From the NCBI GenBank assembly GCA_000146045.2, contig BK006941.2, positions 1,024,001 to 1,088,000 on the forward strand: a DNA stretch of 64,000 nt, in the 5' to 3' direction. Below are positions 52,599 through 64,000 of the stretch, piece after piece. Source of the DNA: TPA_inf: Saccharomyces. Lineage: Eukaryota. The notes beneath the pieces were generated by a model, which saw nothing but the letters and a program-made list of their open reading frames with translations, searched no databases and had not been told where the DNA came from. Positions within the stretch are counted from its first letter, which is position 1. Every line of letters starts with the position of its first letter. A program made the translations under genes and the position numbers.

Positions 52599-54353
52599 AT
52601 GACTATTTCTGATCATCCAGAAACAGAACCAAAGTGGTGGAAAGAGGCCACAATCTATCAAATTTACCCAGCAAGTTTTAAAGACTCCAATAACGATGGC
52701 TGGGGTGATTTAAAAGGTATCACTTCCAAGTTGCAGTATATTAAAGATCTTGGCGTTGATGCTATTTGGGTTTGTCCGTTTTATGACTCTCCTCAACAAG
52801 ATATGGGGTATGATATATCCAACTACGAAAAGGTCTGGCCCACATATGGTACCAATGAGGACTGTTTTGAGCTAATTGACAAGACTCATAAGCTGGGTAT
52901 GAAATTCATCACCGATTTGGTTATCAACCACTGTTCTACAGAACACGAATGGTTCAAAGAGAGCAGATCCTCGAAGACCAATCCGAAGCGTGACTGGTTC
53001 TTCTGGAGACCTCCTAAGGGTTATGACGCCGAAGGCAAGCCAATTCCTCCAAACAATTGGAAATCTTTCTTTGGTGGTTCAGCTTGGACTTTTGATGAAA
53101 CTACAAATGAATTTTACCTCCGTTTGTTTGCGAGTCGTCAAGTTGACTTGAATTGGGAGAATGAAGACTGCAGAAGGGCAATCTTTGAAAGTGCTGTTGG
53201 ATTTTGGCTGGACCATGGTGTAGATGGTTTTAGAATCGATACCGCTGGTTTGTATTCGAAACGTCCTGGTTTACCAGATTCCCCAATTTTTGACAAAACC
53301 TCGAAATTACAACATCCAAATTGGGGGTCTCACAATGGTCCTAGGATTCATGAATATCATCAAGAACTACACAGATTTATGAAAAACAGGGTGAAAGATG
53401 GTAGAGAAATAATGACAGTCGGTGAAGTTGCCCATGGAAGTGATAATGCTTTATACACCAGTGCAGCTAGATACGAAGTCAGCGAAGTTTTCTCCTTCAC
53501 GCACGTTGAAGTTGGTACCTCGCCATTTTTCCGTTATAACATAGTGCCCTTCACCTTGAAACAATGGAAAGAAGCCATTGCATCGAACTTTTTGTTCATT
53601 AACGGTACTGATAGTTGGGCTACCACCTACATCGAGAATCACGATCAAGCCCGGTCAATTACGAGATTTGCTGACGATTCGCCAAAGTACCGTAAAATAT
53701 CTGGTAAGCTGTTAACATTGCTAGAATGTTCATTGACAGGTACGTTGTATGTCTATCAAGGTCAGGAGATAGGCCAGATCAATTTCAAGGAATGGCCTAT
53801 TGAAAAGTATGAGGACGTTGATGTGAAAAACAACTACGAGATTATCAAAAAAAGTTTTGGTAAAAACTCGAAGGAAATGAAGGATTTTTTTAAAGGAATC
53901 GCCCTACTTTCTAGAGATCATTCGAGAACTCCCATGCCATGGACGAAAGATAAGCCCAATGCTGGATTTACTGGCCCAGATGTTAAACCTTGGTTTCTCT
54001 TGAATGAATCTTTCGAGCAAGGAATCAATGTTGAGCAGGAATCCAGAGATGATGACTCAGTTCTCAATTTTTGGAAAAGGGCCTTGCAAGCCAGAAAGAA
54101 ATATAAGGAACTTATGATTTATGGTTACGATTTCCAATTCATTGATTTAGACAGTGACCAGATCTTTAGCTTCACTAAAGAGTACGAAGACAAGACGCTG
54201 TTTGCTGCTTTAAATTTCAGTGGCGAAGAAATTGAATTCAGCCTCCCAAGAGAAGGTGCTTCTTTATCTTTTATTCTTGGAAATTATGATGATACTGACG
54301 TTTCCTCCAGAGTTTTGAAACCATGGGAAGGTAGAATCTACCTCGTCAAATAA
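52599..54353 (+). CDS. MAL12: Maltase (alpha-1,4-glucosidase), GH13
   Basis: 584-aa [21 protein letters not shown]... in a divergent pair with MAL11. Confidence 0.88.
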
Positions 54354-56305
54354 AATTAGTGCCGGCTTTTTTTTAGCGCGTACTTTAACGAAATAACACA
54401 TGATTTTTCACATGATTTTTGTTAGATAAATTTTTTATATGTAAATGATGATAGCGTAAAAGCACTGTTGATAATTTGTTTCACCATTATGGGTAAATGT
54501 GTTTTTCTACATGACCCTCGTTCATTATGATATTTAGCGTGTATATAAATGTGAATTCCAAATTATTAATGAGGCATAAGAAGCACTATCCTTTCTCTTC
54601 GGATGAAAACAAGGGAGAAGAAACCTGTGCTGGTATTAATGCTGAAATGTCTTGCTAAGAATCATACAAGGTGGTAGTTTTATTTAATAAAGAAAAGAAA
54701 AGGACTAGATATAAAAAGTGAAATGAATATAAGATAGCGTTAAGAGATGTCCGCAGTACTTGACACATAATTTAGCGTTTTCTCGGGAAGCTCTGTGATT
54801 TTATGATTCAATAACACAGCGTAATTGATTTCGTGATAGTTCGATCCTATATGTAATCTCACGTAACACTCAGGCGAGTTACAAAATCGATTCAACATTG
54901 CCGGCTTATGCGTTTACGTCAAGTCTGAGCATGCCTACCCCCTTCCGAACCCGCCTTTTATTGTCTAGCCTTCAGATGAACTAAACCAATCATCTGTCCA
55001 TAATTCCTCTGCTTTAGACAGTGTTATTAAGCAAAAGAAAATAAGCGCATAAGATTCTTGCTACTTCAGTAACTCCACAACATTAACACCCCACAATCAA
55101 TATCTAAAAGCCAATGAAGTGAAGATGAGAGGTGGAATGACGGTCTTATCCTTTGAGAAGTTTGACTACTAAAATCTGTGTCTCCTATACCATTAGTTAT
55201 TGAGCTATAACTATATACCAGAGAAGTGTAGTAATTCTTCAGCAACGGGCCTATAATCTGGATACGTATGATTACTTATCGCTGTAATAGTTGTAAATTC
55301 CTCGAAGAAAAACACATGACCAGAATGATAGACATATTGAAACAGTGAATAAAAGGGAGAAAAAGGCTTAAAGGATTTCTGTATTAGTAACACTAAGCCC
55401 TCTATCAATTTCATCCAAACAGAAAGACTGCAGGTACATCCATAGGATAGAAGTTCTGTATGTAATCCGCCACTTTTTGTCTCCTTCATGTACCATATAA
55501 TGAATAGAAAAACGTAGACCTAGGCGGCAACCGTTGCCTACCATACGAAGCGCTGATGCTGTTCTCCGATTATTAGTATTACAAAAAAAATTATACAATA
55601 CTTATTAAGATGTTAACTTATCAATTTCCGGTATAGTTTCCGCTATGGTCAGCTTTGTCCAGTGGAAGTTCCGCTGTTTCAGAACTAGAGCTTCGTAGCA
55701 CCTCGAATGCTCATTTATTCTTGTCAACATTTTTGCTGGCAGTGTATAAGACTGTAGACACCTACAATATACGACTCCGGTATTCGATAAGTCTTTCACT
55801 TTCTATTTTAAGAAAAACAGAATCTACAATTTTCCCGTAGCAACCGTTTAGCGCACAAAGATTAGATGGCCTCTGAACGAGGGTTCAAAGCAAATTTGGT
55901 TTTAGCTTTTTCTTGGCCAAAAGCTGCAGCTGCATCTCTGAAGGCACCCTAAAGGGATTCTTCGGAAGTATGTACACTGTGAGAAAACATTCTTGTGCCT
56001 TGGAAATGCAATAAAAAGGTATAGGCACTATGAAGCGTGCGCCTCGTATACGGGACCTATGAAAGACGCATCGTTCAAGTACAGAAGCACCGTAATAATA
56101 TGAATAATGAATGTGGGATGAACATTGTACACTGAGGCATTTTAGGTGAGAGATGGGTGCCAGATGATAACTCGTTTGTGCCAGGGAAGTTGGCAAGACA
56201 TTCATATAAATAGAGCTGCTGTAGCTATCCATCTTTGAGGTATGCGCTTTCATTTCACTATTTCTTGTTAAGCTTACATCAGCACTAAAAAACAAAACAA
56301 ATACA

Positions 56306-56668
56306 ATGGTCAAACTAACTTCAATCGCTGCTGGTGTTGCCGCCATCGCTGCTACTGCTTCCGCAACCACCACTCTAGCTCAATCTGACGAAAGAGTCAA
56401 CTTGGTTGAATTGGGTGTCTACGTCTCTGATATCAGAGCTCACTTGGCCCAATACTACTCTTTCCAAGCCGCTCATCCAACTGAAACCTACCCAGTTGAA
56501 ATCGCTGAAGCCGTTTTCAACTACGGTGACTTCACCACCATGTTGACTGGTATTGCCCCAGACCAAGTGACCAGAATGATCACCGGTGTTCCATGGTACT
56601 CCAGCAGATTAAAGCCAGCCATCTCCAGTGCTCTATCCAAGGACGGTATCTACACTATCGCAAACTAG
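56306..56668 (+). CDS. PAU12: Seripauperin (PAU family cell-wall mannoprotein)
   Basis: 120-aa [23 protein letters not shown]... with signal peptide and the conserved PAU core ([25 protein letters not shown]). TATAAATA box at 56205-56212. Confidence 0.8.
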
Positions 56669-57583
56669 AGACAAACGCCTTTACGAACGAAATTCCATAA
56701 ACCTTAAGAAATAACGAAAATAAAAAAAGCTTTTTTTTTTTGATAGTATAAATAGTTCATTATATGTAAGTGTATATTAATATTGTTACTACTGGTCAAT
56801 CGTGATATTTATGAACAACTTGGCGGAGCAAGGACAAGAATCCTCTCTTCCTTTTGTGGTATTCTTCGATGTGTGTCCACTTCAACGACATGGGTCATCA
56901 ATATCTATGTTGAAAAAATCATATTTTAGGATCACTTGCTAGTAAACCGGTTGATGCTATTGTTAATATATAACGACAAATGTTCAAGCAATTATATAAC
57001 CATTTTCTTCCATATTCACCTTAAACGAGGTCGCCTTTATTTTTTTTTTTTTTTTCAGGGCATCGATCGGCCCGGAGTCGTCGCCTTCAAATGTGTCAAA
57101 TTTTTAAGATTAAAGTTATCGATCTTGAAGTTTTTCGTGGCAGGAGGGTTTCTATTTAGTGTTCGGTAAAGGCTTTCATAAGCTTTTGTATATCCCTTGA
57201 TTAACAATAAATGTGGAAAATAAGAAGGGTAATTTGTGAAAGAGTCCGATTCTAGTCGATGTACAGTAAAATCACTTATTATTTAAGGATTCCGCTGCGG
57301 TATGCGTTTTCTACTGATGCGTGGAGCAAGCCACGCCATGTGATTAACCTTGCTTGATAAAAGCACCAACCCATCGTTCAGAATATGCATGGAATATAGC
57401 ATCACTGGGAGGAGAAAGACAATAAGTTTTGCGCATATGGTAGGATGGTGGCACACTGATTTCTGTCAACCAGTGAGAAATAGGGAAAAAGAAAATGGTT
57501 GTAATGGTAAAAAGTAGTCTCGTTTTGGTTATTCGCAGCTGACAAACTACAAAATATATAAATTGAAAAAGTTGTATTTATCT

Positions 57584-58729
57584 TTACGCTAAGGACTCCT
57601 CACTGCAGGATAATTGCGCTTCTTTAATATATGGCCATAGTTCCACATTCAATGATAGAGCCCGCATAGATTTCTTTGCAGAGAGAACGCGGTAGAAGAA
57701 GTGGCTAAAAAACCATTCACAGTCAATCCCGTCAAAGAAAAACTCTTCATTCTTCCAGACTTTTTTCTCAAACAAGTACCTATTCATTTTCTTTGCAATT
57801 TCGTCCCATCCATTTGCACCACTTTCTTGCTCATTTATAATAGTCGATAAAAACTGCATCTTGTGTTCCATTTTCACGGATAAAACGATCATCCTCATAT
57901 TCCGGAAATCTCTCGTCATGATAAAAAACAGCACCACAAGAAACAAGGGACGTGCTATAGTGCCATCATTTCGTGAAATGAAGACATTATGCAAATAAAA
58001 AAGGAAGAGTGGTAAACACCGCCGGTTGAAAATCCTTTTGAGAACCCAGGTAAGCTTAAATCGGTAAGCTTCCTTGGGAAGTTTAGCATCTTCCAGGCCA
58101 ACAGGGCTCCATGATTTCTCAGAATTAAACAACTTCCATTGTTTTTCAACTTCTGTAAAATAAACTTCCAATGCTTCTTCAATGTAAGGGACGGAATCCT
58201 TAAATGACTTAACCTTGGCAGCTTCGTCTTTTTTCAAAGAGAAGGGTTCGAGAAGGGTTGTTCTGAATGCTTCTTGGCAGCTCATGGCACTGAAAAAAAA
58301 GTACTTGGTATTCCAAGCCTTATTTTCATAGAAGTACGAATTTAGATTTGCTGCAACGACTTCCCAATCATGAGGATCCGAACTTGGTGTGTTTTTAGTA
58401 ATCTCTTTGCAAAACTGAGTGAGTTGTTTCGATAAGGAACGTTTACGAGAAAGTCTAAAAATAACAAGAACAAATACTGGTCCCCAAAACAGGACAAGAA
58501 GTGAAACCATAAGCGGGTAAATCCAATTGTTGGAAAGTTTCCACCAGACGCTAAGTGGTAGCCATAATAGCATCCAGATGCGAAACACTAAGGACTTGTA
58601 AATTTCATAACAAAACCAGGTAAAGCTGCTTCTGAAAAGATCTTGAGGTAGAACAGTCTTTTGGGATTCGAGCTGTTTGACGGATAATACATCTACACTC
58701 TTCTCATTTTTAAGTTCATTCTCTTTCAT
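57584..58729 (-). CDS. COS6: DUP380/COS-family subtelomeric membrane protein
   Basis: 381-aa ORF with N-terminal TM helices and typical COS family sequence. Immediately proximal to the X element. Confidence 0.78.
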   Translation of the reverse strand: MKENELKNEKSVDVLSVKQLESQKTVLPQDLFRSSFTWFCYEIYKSLVFRIWMLLWLPLSVWWKLSNNWIYPLMVSLLVLFWGPVFVLVIFRLSRKRSLSKQLTQFCKEITKNTPSSDPHDWEVVAANLNSYFYENKAWNTKYFFFSAMSCQEAFRTTLLEPFSLKKDEAAKVKSFKDSVPYIEEALEVYFTEVEKQWKLFNSEKSWSPVGLEDAKLPKEAYRFKLTWVLKRIFNRRCLPLFLFYLHNVFISRNDGTIARPLFLVVLFFIMTRDFRNMRMIVLSVKMEHKMQFLSTIINEQESGANGWDEIAKKMNRYLFEKKVWKNEEFFFDGIDCEWFFSHFFYRVLSAKKSMRALSLNVELWPYIKEAQLSCSEESLA

Positions 58730-59672
58730 TTTCGGTAGTGAGATGGCAGTTCGAGGGGTTTTTTATTCAAAATAATAACTTCTGGCTTTTCGCTTTTATA
58801 TAGCAGAAAAAAAAGCCGTCGAGGCGCGCGCGTTCATGCAATGGCTCAGTAACCTCGGGATAGAAAAAGGGCAACAATGTTGAGCTATTTTAGGCACAGA
58901 AACTTTACTATTCGAAAAGGGCATCCATTTCATTTCCGATTTTCTATCTAGCTCACTCGATAATCGTAATAGTACTTTTATAAAACTTTAGTGCGGGTAC
59001 TGTGAGAGTGTGCCGTAACTTTGGTTTACATTTAAGGTGCGACCAGCAATGTCACTACTTTTACAACAACCGCCATATGGCTCGAGAATTTCATTATCAC
59101 ATGGAATGCCTGTGACAAAACTGTGTAAATATCTAATAGAAATTAGATGTAGCTGTCACAAATATTTACACAGGAAAGAGCCTGTCCTACGAGTATCTTA
59201 CATGAAGATTCATAGAACCAATTTACTTGCGAATGTGAACAACCTTTCAACATCATTTCAATACCATTTTCCCTCCTTATGTTTGGTGTCACTGTAAAGC
59301 GGATCAAAGCAAAACATAGAGGTACGGTGGTGCTAAGATCATGCATGACCTCTGGGTAATTACTACTTCTCCCGCTTGTTTTGAGATTCTGTATATAAAT
59401 ATTTCAAACAAAAGGATAGAGCGCGGATGGCAGGCCTTATAGTAAAAGTTATTCGTTTTAATCATGTGTCAGTATGAGATTCTATGACAATAGTATGAGA
59501 AGATAGGGTGAAGTAAAAGTATCTGTATGACTATAGAGTGCAGTTATATTACAATATATTGAATAGATCATAATGGTATGACGATATTAAGGAACATTTA
59601 AGTTAATGACGTCATGGTGGTATAGATACGCAATTGAGTGTGTTTATGTATTATTGTTGAAAAGTAGAATAT

Positions 59673-59683
59673 TTTTATGTTTA
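59673..59683 (+). promoter_or_regulatory. ARS consensus sequence (WTTTAYRTTTW) match within the putative X core
   Basis: Exact match to the 11-bp ACS; AT-rich context. Confidence 0.4.
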
Positions 59684-59890
59684 GGTGATTTTGATGATAT
59701 TTTTATGTAATATTGACATAAGTGCATATAAATTGAGTGGTTAGTATATGGTGCAAAAGTGGTACAACATATGTATTAAGGGCATTTATACAATATTTGG
59801 GGCCGCCGAATGAGATATAGATATTAAAATGTGGATAATCATGGGATTTATGGGTAAATGGCACAGGGTATAGAACGCTGAGGCAAGCGC

Positions 59891-59903
59891 CGTGCATAAT
59901 GAT
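59891..59903 (-). promoter_or_regulatory. Abf1 binding-site match (RTCRYN5ACG on the minus strand)
   Basis: The plus strand reads CGTGCATAATGAT, whose complement is ATCATTATGCACG. Expected chance frequency is roughly 0.1 per 500 bp. Confidence 0.4.
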
Positions 59904-59904
59904 G

Positions 59905-60360
59905 TGAGTGCATCTAGTACTGATTTAGTGAGAATGGGCCATGGAGTGGAGTGTGAGAGTAGGGTAACTTGAGATGGTATATACTGTAGCATCCGTGTGC
60001 GTATGCCGTATCAGTATACAAGTGAGGGTGAGTGTGGCATGTGGTGGTGGGATTAGAGTGGCAGGGTAAGTATGTGTGTATTATTTACGATCATTTGTTA
60101 ACATTTCAATATGTTGGGTAGAACAACAGTATAGTGAGTAACAAGATGGGGCATGGTAGGGTAATGGCAGGGTAAGTGGTAGTGGAGTTGAATATGGGCA
60201 ATTGGAGGGTAACAGGTGGTGGATGTGGGTGAGTGGTAGTAAGTAGAGAGATGGATGGTGGTTGGGGTGTGGTATAGTTGAATGAGACAGGGTAACTTGT
60301 GGGGAGGTAGGGTAATGGAGGGTAAGTTGAGAGACAGGTTAAATCATATATATGTCACTG
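59905..60360. repeat. Degenerate TG-rich / TAGGG-containing subtelomeric repeats (X combinatorial repeats and interstitial telomere-like tract)
   Basis: Strong G/T strand bias with recurring GGTAGGGTAA, GGGTAAGT and GTGTGG units, e.g. 'ggtagggtaatggcagggtaagtgg' and 'gtggtggatgtgggtgagtgg'. Confidence 0.6.
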
Positions 60361-60862
60361 TATTGCATGCTGGATGGTGTTAGACAAGGCCGTAGGGACA
60401 TATAGCATCTAGGAAGTAACCTTGTACGAAAATAGGCAATATTTCCTGTTTAGGCGATTGTGACGCAGATTTTAGTCCAACGATCTAGCGTCAAGGAATT
60501 TTTTTATAGTGGGACATTGCACCAAGGAAGTAACTTGATACGTCGTGGGTGAATGGGTCTGTTTTCTTATTCGGCGGGGTAATACATTTTTGGGGGAAGT
60601 TTGTCTGTCTGACGCGCCATATGTAGGTACGCCAAAAAGGGCTCCTCTACTTCGAAGCGCGAGGTCGTATACCTAATAAGGAAATGTAATTTATAACTTT
60701 CTATTATATTGGTCTTTTCGAGAGCGGAAGAAGTTGTAGGCTAAGCGCAGGCTAAGCGTAGGTCCATATTTAAAGTATCCAAGAGAATATCCACGAAGCG
60801 GCTGAGCAACGAACAGAATCCTGGTTCTCCTCGACTAAGCAGATAGTTAAGATACTGTGCAC

Positions 60863-60881
60863 CATGGAAATTGAAAACGAA
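60863..60881 (+). CDS. YRF1-3: Y'-element helicase YRF1-3, exon 1 (19 nt: ATGGAAATTGAAAACGAAC)
   Basis: Encodes MEIENE plus the first base of a Gln codon. Followed by a GTACGT 5' splice site. Confidence 0.7.
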
Positions 60882-61030
60882 CGTACGTACCGACTACTTT
60901 ATTTTTGCAGGCCGGAAATCAAGCGATGAATGAGACATCCTTCTGCTTTCTATGTTGTGCTTGAAGGGGACAGACAGTCGCTTATCTTAGTGAGATTTCT
61001 TACTAACTGAATTTACTTTGCTGCTGCTAG
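60882..61030 (+). other. Spliceosomal intron of YRF1-3
   Basis: 5' splice site GTACGT at 60882, TACTAAC branch point ~25 nt upstream of the 3' end, 3' splice site TAG at 61028-61030. Splicing restores the frame C|AG=Gln into [15 protein letters not shown]... Confidence 0.7.
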
Positions 61031-64000
61031 AGATTTGCACCTGCATAGCGCAGATTCTGCATCTTCTCAATAGCTTAATTATTACATTCTTAGATGATGA
61101 TAAGACGGAAACTGGACAATCTTTTGTTTATATTGATGGATTTCTTGTCAAAAAGCATAACAATCAACATACTATTGTTAATTTCGAAACTTACAAAAAT
61201 AAAATGAAAGTTTCCGATAGGCGTAAGTTTGAAAAAGCAAACTTTGACGAGTTTGAGTCGGCTCTAAATAACAAAAACGACTTGGTACATTGTCCCTCAA
61301 TAACTTTATTTGAATCGATCCCCACGGAAGTGCGGTCATTCTACGAAGACGAAAAGTCTGGTCTAATCAAAGTGGTAAAATTCAGAACTGGTGCAATGGA
61401 TAGGAAAAGGTCTTTTGAAAAAATTGTCGTTTCCGTCATGGTCGGGAAAAATGTACAAAAGTTCCTGACGTTTGTTGAAGACGAACCAGATTTCCAGGGC
61501 GGACCAATCCCTTCAAAGTATCTTATTCCCAAGAAAATCAACTTGATGGTCTACACGTTGTTTCAAGTGCATACTTTGAAATTCAATAGAAAGGATTACG
61601 ATACCCTTTCTCTTTTTTACCTCAACAGAGGATACTATAATGAGTTGAGTTTCCGTGTCCTGGAACGTTGTTACGAAATAGCGAGTGCCAGGCCGAACGA
61701 CAGCTCTACGATGCGTACTTTCACTGACTTTGTTTCTGGCACACCTATTGTAAGGGGTCTTCAGAAAAGCACCATAAGGAAATATGGATACAATTTGGCA
61801 CCCTACATGTTTTTGTTACTACACGTAGATGAGCTATCGATTTTTTCTGCATACCAAGCAAGTTTACCTGGCGAAAAGAAAGTCGACACAGAGCGGCTGA
61901 AGCGTGATCTATGCCCACGTAAACCCACTGAGATAAAGTACTTTTCACAGATATGTAACGATATGATGAACAAAAAGGACCGATTGGGTGATATTTTGCA
62001 TATTATCTTGCGAGCATGTGCGCTCAATTTCGGGGCGGGTCCCCGTGGTGGCGCTGGTGACGAAGAGGATCGATCCATTACGAATGAAGAACCCATTATT
62101 CCCTCTGTGGACGAGCATGGCTTGAAAGTATGTAAGTTGCGCAGTCCTAACACTCCACGAAGACTCAGAAAAACACTAGATGCCGTGAAAGCTTTATTGG
62201 TGTCGTCTTGTGCTTGTACCGCAAGGGATTTAGATATATTTGATGACAACAACGGCGTTGCGATGTGGAAATGGATCAAAATTCTGTACCACGAAGTAGC
62301 GCAGGAAACCGCGCTGAAGGACTCTTATAGAATAACTTTGGTACCTTCTTCTGATGGTGTATCAGTATGTGGAAAACTGTTTAATCGCGAGTATGTCCGC
62401 GGCTTTTACTTTGCATGCAAGGCTCAGTTTGATAACCTTTGGGAAGAATTGAACGACTGCTTTTATATGCCTACAGTGGTTGATATTGCCAGCCTCATTT
62501 TGCGTAATCGAGAAGTTTTGTTCAGAGAGCCAAAGCGAGGAATTGACGAGTATCTGGAGAACGATTCTTTCCTTCAAATGATACCTGTTAAATATCGTGA
62601 AATTGTGCTGCCCAAGTTGAGAAGAGATACTAACAAAATGACCGCGGCTCTTAAAAATAAAGTCACTGTTGCAATTGACGAGCTTACGGTGCCACTTATG
62701 TGGATGATCCATTTTGCCGTAGGATACCCTTACCGTTATCCAGAGCTTCAGCTACTCGCTTTTGCCGGTCCTCAGCGCAACGTATACGTCGATGATACAA
62801 CAAGACGCATCCAACTGTACACTGATTACAACAAGAACGGTTCATCGGAGCCTCGACTTAAGACGCTTGACGGACTCACTTCAGATTACGTGTTTTATTT
62901 TGTCACTGTGCTAAGGCAAATGCAAATATGTGCGCTTGGTAACAGTTATGACGCTTTTAATCATGATCCTTGGATGGATGTGGTGGGATTTGAGGATCCA
63001 GATCAAGTAACAAATCGAGACATTTCGAGGATAGTTTTGTATTCCTACATGTTTCTGAATACCGCGAAGGGCTGTCTGGTTGAATACGCAACTTTTCGGC
63101 AGTACATGAGGGAACTTCCGAAGAATGCACCTCAGAAGCTGAATTTTCGGGAGATGCGTCAGGGGTTGATTGCCCTAGGACGGCACTGCGTAGGTAGCAG
63201 ATTTGAAACAGATTTGTACGAGTCGGCGACGAGTGAACTCATGGCCAATCATTCCGTTCAAACAGGGCGAAATATTTACGGTGTGGATTCCTTTTCGTTA
63301 ACTAGTGTCAGTGGGACGACCGCCACTTTATTGCAGGAACGAGCTTCCGAGCGCTGGATTCAATGGTTAGGCCTTGAAAGCGACTACCATTGTTCATTCT
63401 CTAGTACTCGGAATGCGGAAGACGTAGTGGCAGGTGAGGCGGCGAGTTCAGATCATCATCAAAAAATTTCAAGAGTAACGCGAAAAAGGCCCCGAGAGCC
63501 CAAGAGTACAAACGATATCCTCGTCGCAGGCCAGAAACTCTTTGGCAGCTCCTTTGAATTCAGGGACTTGCATCAGTTGCGCTTATGTCATGAAATATAC
63601 ATGGCAGACACACCCTCTGTGGCAGTACAGGCCCCACCGGGCTATGGTAAGACGGAGTTATTTCATCTCCCCTTGATAGCACTGGCGTCTAAGGGCGACG
63701 TGAAATATGTGTCGTTTCTGTTTGTACCGTACACAGTGTTGCTTGCTAATTGCATGATCAGGTTGAGCCGATGCGGTTGCTTGAATGTGGCCCCTGTAAG
63801 AAACTTTATTGAAGAAGGTTGCGATGGCGTTACTGATTTATACGTGGGGATCTACGATGATCTTGCTAGCACTAATTTCACAGACAGGATAGCTGCGTGG
63901 GAGAATATTGTTGAGTGCACCTTTAGGACCAACAACGTAAAATTGGGTTACCTCATTGTAGATGAGTTTCACAACTTTGAAACGGAGGTCTACCGGCAGT
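61031..64000 (+). CDS. YRF1-3: Y'-element helicase YRF1-3, exon 2 (3'-truncated by the window end)
   Basis: In-frame continuation ...[40 protein letters not shown]... It is open to base 64000 and reaches the helicase motif [16 protein letters not shown] near the end. Confidence 0.85.

Larger units (their letters stand above)
59430..59910. repeat. Subtelomeric X element core (approximate bounds)
   Basis: Sits between COS6 and the TG-rich repeats. Contains an 11/11 ARS consensus match TTTTATGTTTA (59673-59683) and an Abf1-site match CGTGCATAATGAT (59891-59903). Boundaries are inferred, not aligned. Confidence 0.5.
60370..64000 (+). mobile_element. Y' subtelomeric element (proximal part), continuing beyond the window
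   Basis: Encodes the Y'-helicase gene YRF1 with its characteristic short 5' exon and intron. Lies distal to the X element and TG-rich tract. Confidence 0.75.

Noticed and set aside
59900-60360. Possibility that the G/T-rich tract is a true terminal telomere
   Set aside because: It is followed by more than 3.6 kb of Y' sequence with an intact YRF1 gene, so it is an internal X-Y' junction tract and not the chromosome end.
1-64000. tRNA genes, Ty elements or solo LTRs
   Set aside because: I found no GGTTCGA(A/T)TCC T-loop-like motifs and no TGTTGGAATA...-type delta termini by eye. Without a search tool this absence is only moderately reliable.
1-64000. Prokaryotic-style defence or mobile systems (CRISPR, restriction-modification, toxin-antitoxin)
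   Set aside because: This is yeast nuclear DNA, with spliceosomal introns, TATA-box promoters and known S. cerevisiae proteins, so such systems are not applicable.

Overview
This window reads as the right-terminal ~64 kb of Saccharomyces cerevisiae chromosome VII. On protein-level recognition of the ORF track it runs from the 3' end of YGR266W to the Y' element of TEL07R. The proximal ~41 kb is gene-dense core genome: FOL2, HUA1, YTA7, SLH1, EFG1, YGR273C, TAF1, RTT102, RNH70, CAB4, CWC22, SCW4, PXR1, YOR1, BGL2, YGR283C, ERV29, ZUO1 and BIO2. The distal ~23 kb is subtelomeric. It holds the MAL1 maltose locus (IMA1, MAL13, MAL11/AGT1, MAL12) with IMA1 and MAL12 as inverted paralogs, then the seripauperin PAU12, the DUP-family gene COS6, an X element with an ARS-consensus match and an Abf1-site match, degenerate TG/TAGGG-rich subtelomeric repeats, and a Y' element. 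The Y' element carries the intron-containing helicase gene YRF1-3, which is truncated by the window end. I found no tRNA, rRNA, Ty/LTR or CRISPR feature by eye. This is eukaryotic nuclear DNA, so no prokaryote-style defence or mobile system is expected, and I see no convincing previously undescribed system. The most accessory and interesting material is the subtelomere: the MAL locus architecture with its bidirectional promoter, the X/Y' junction, and the YRF1 intron. Gene names rest on my recognition of the translated ORFs against known S288C proteins; I could not run any search.
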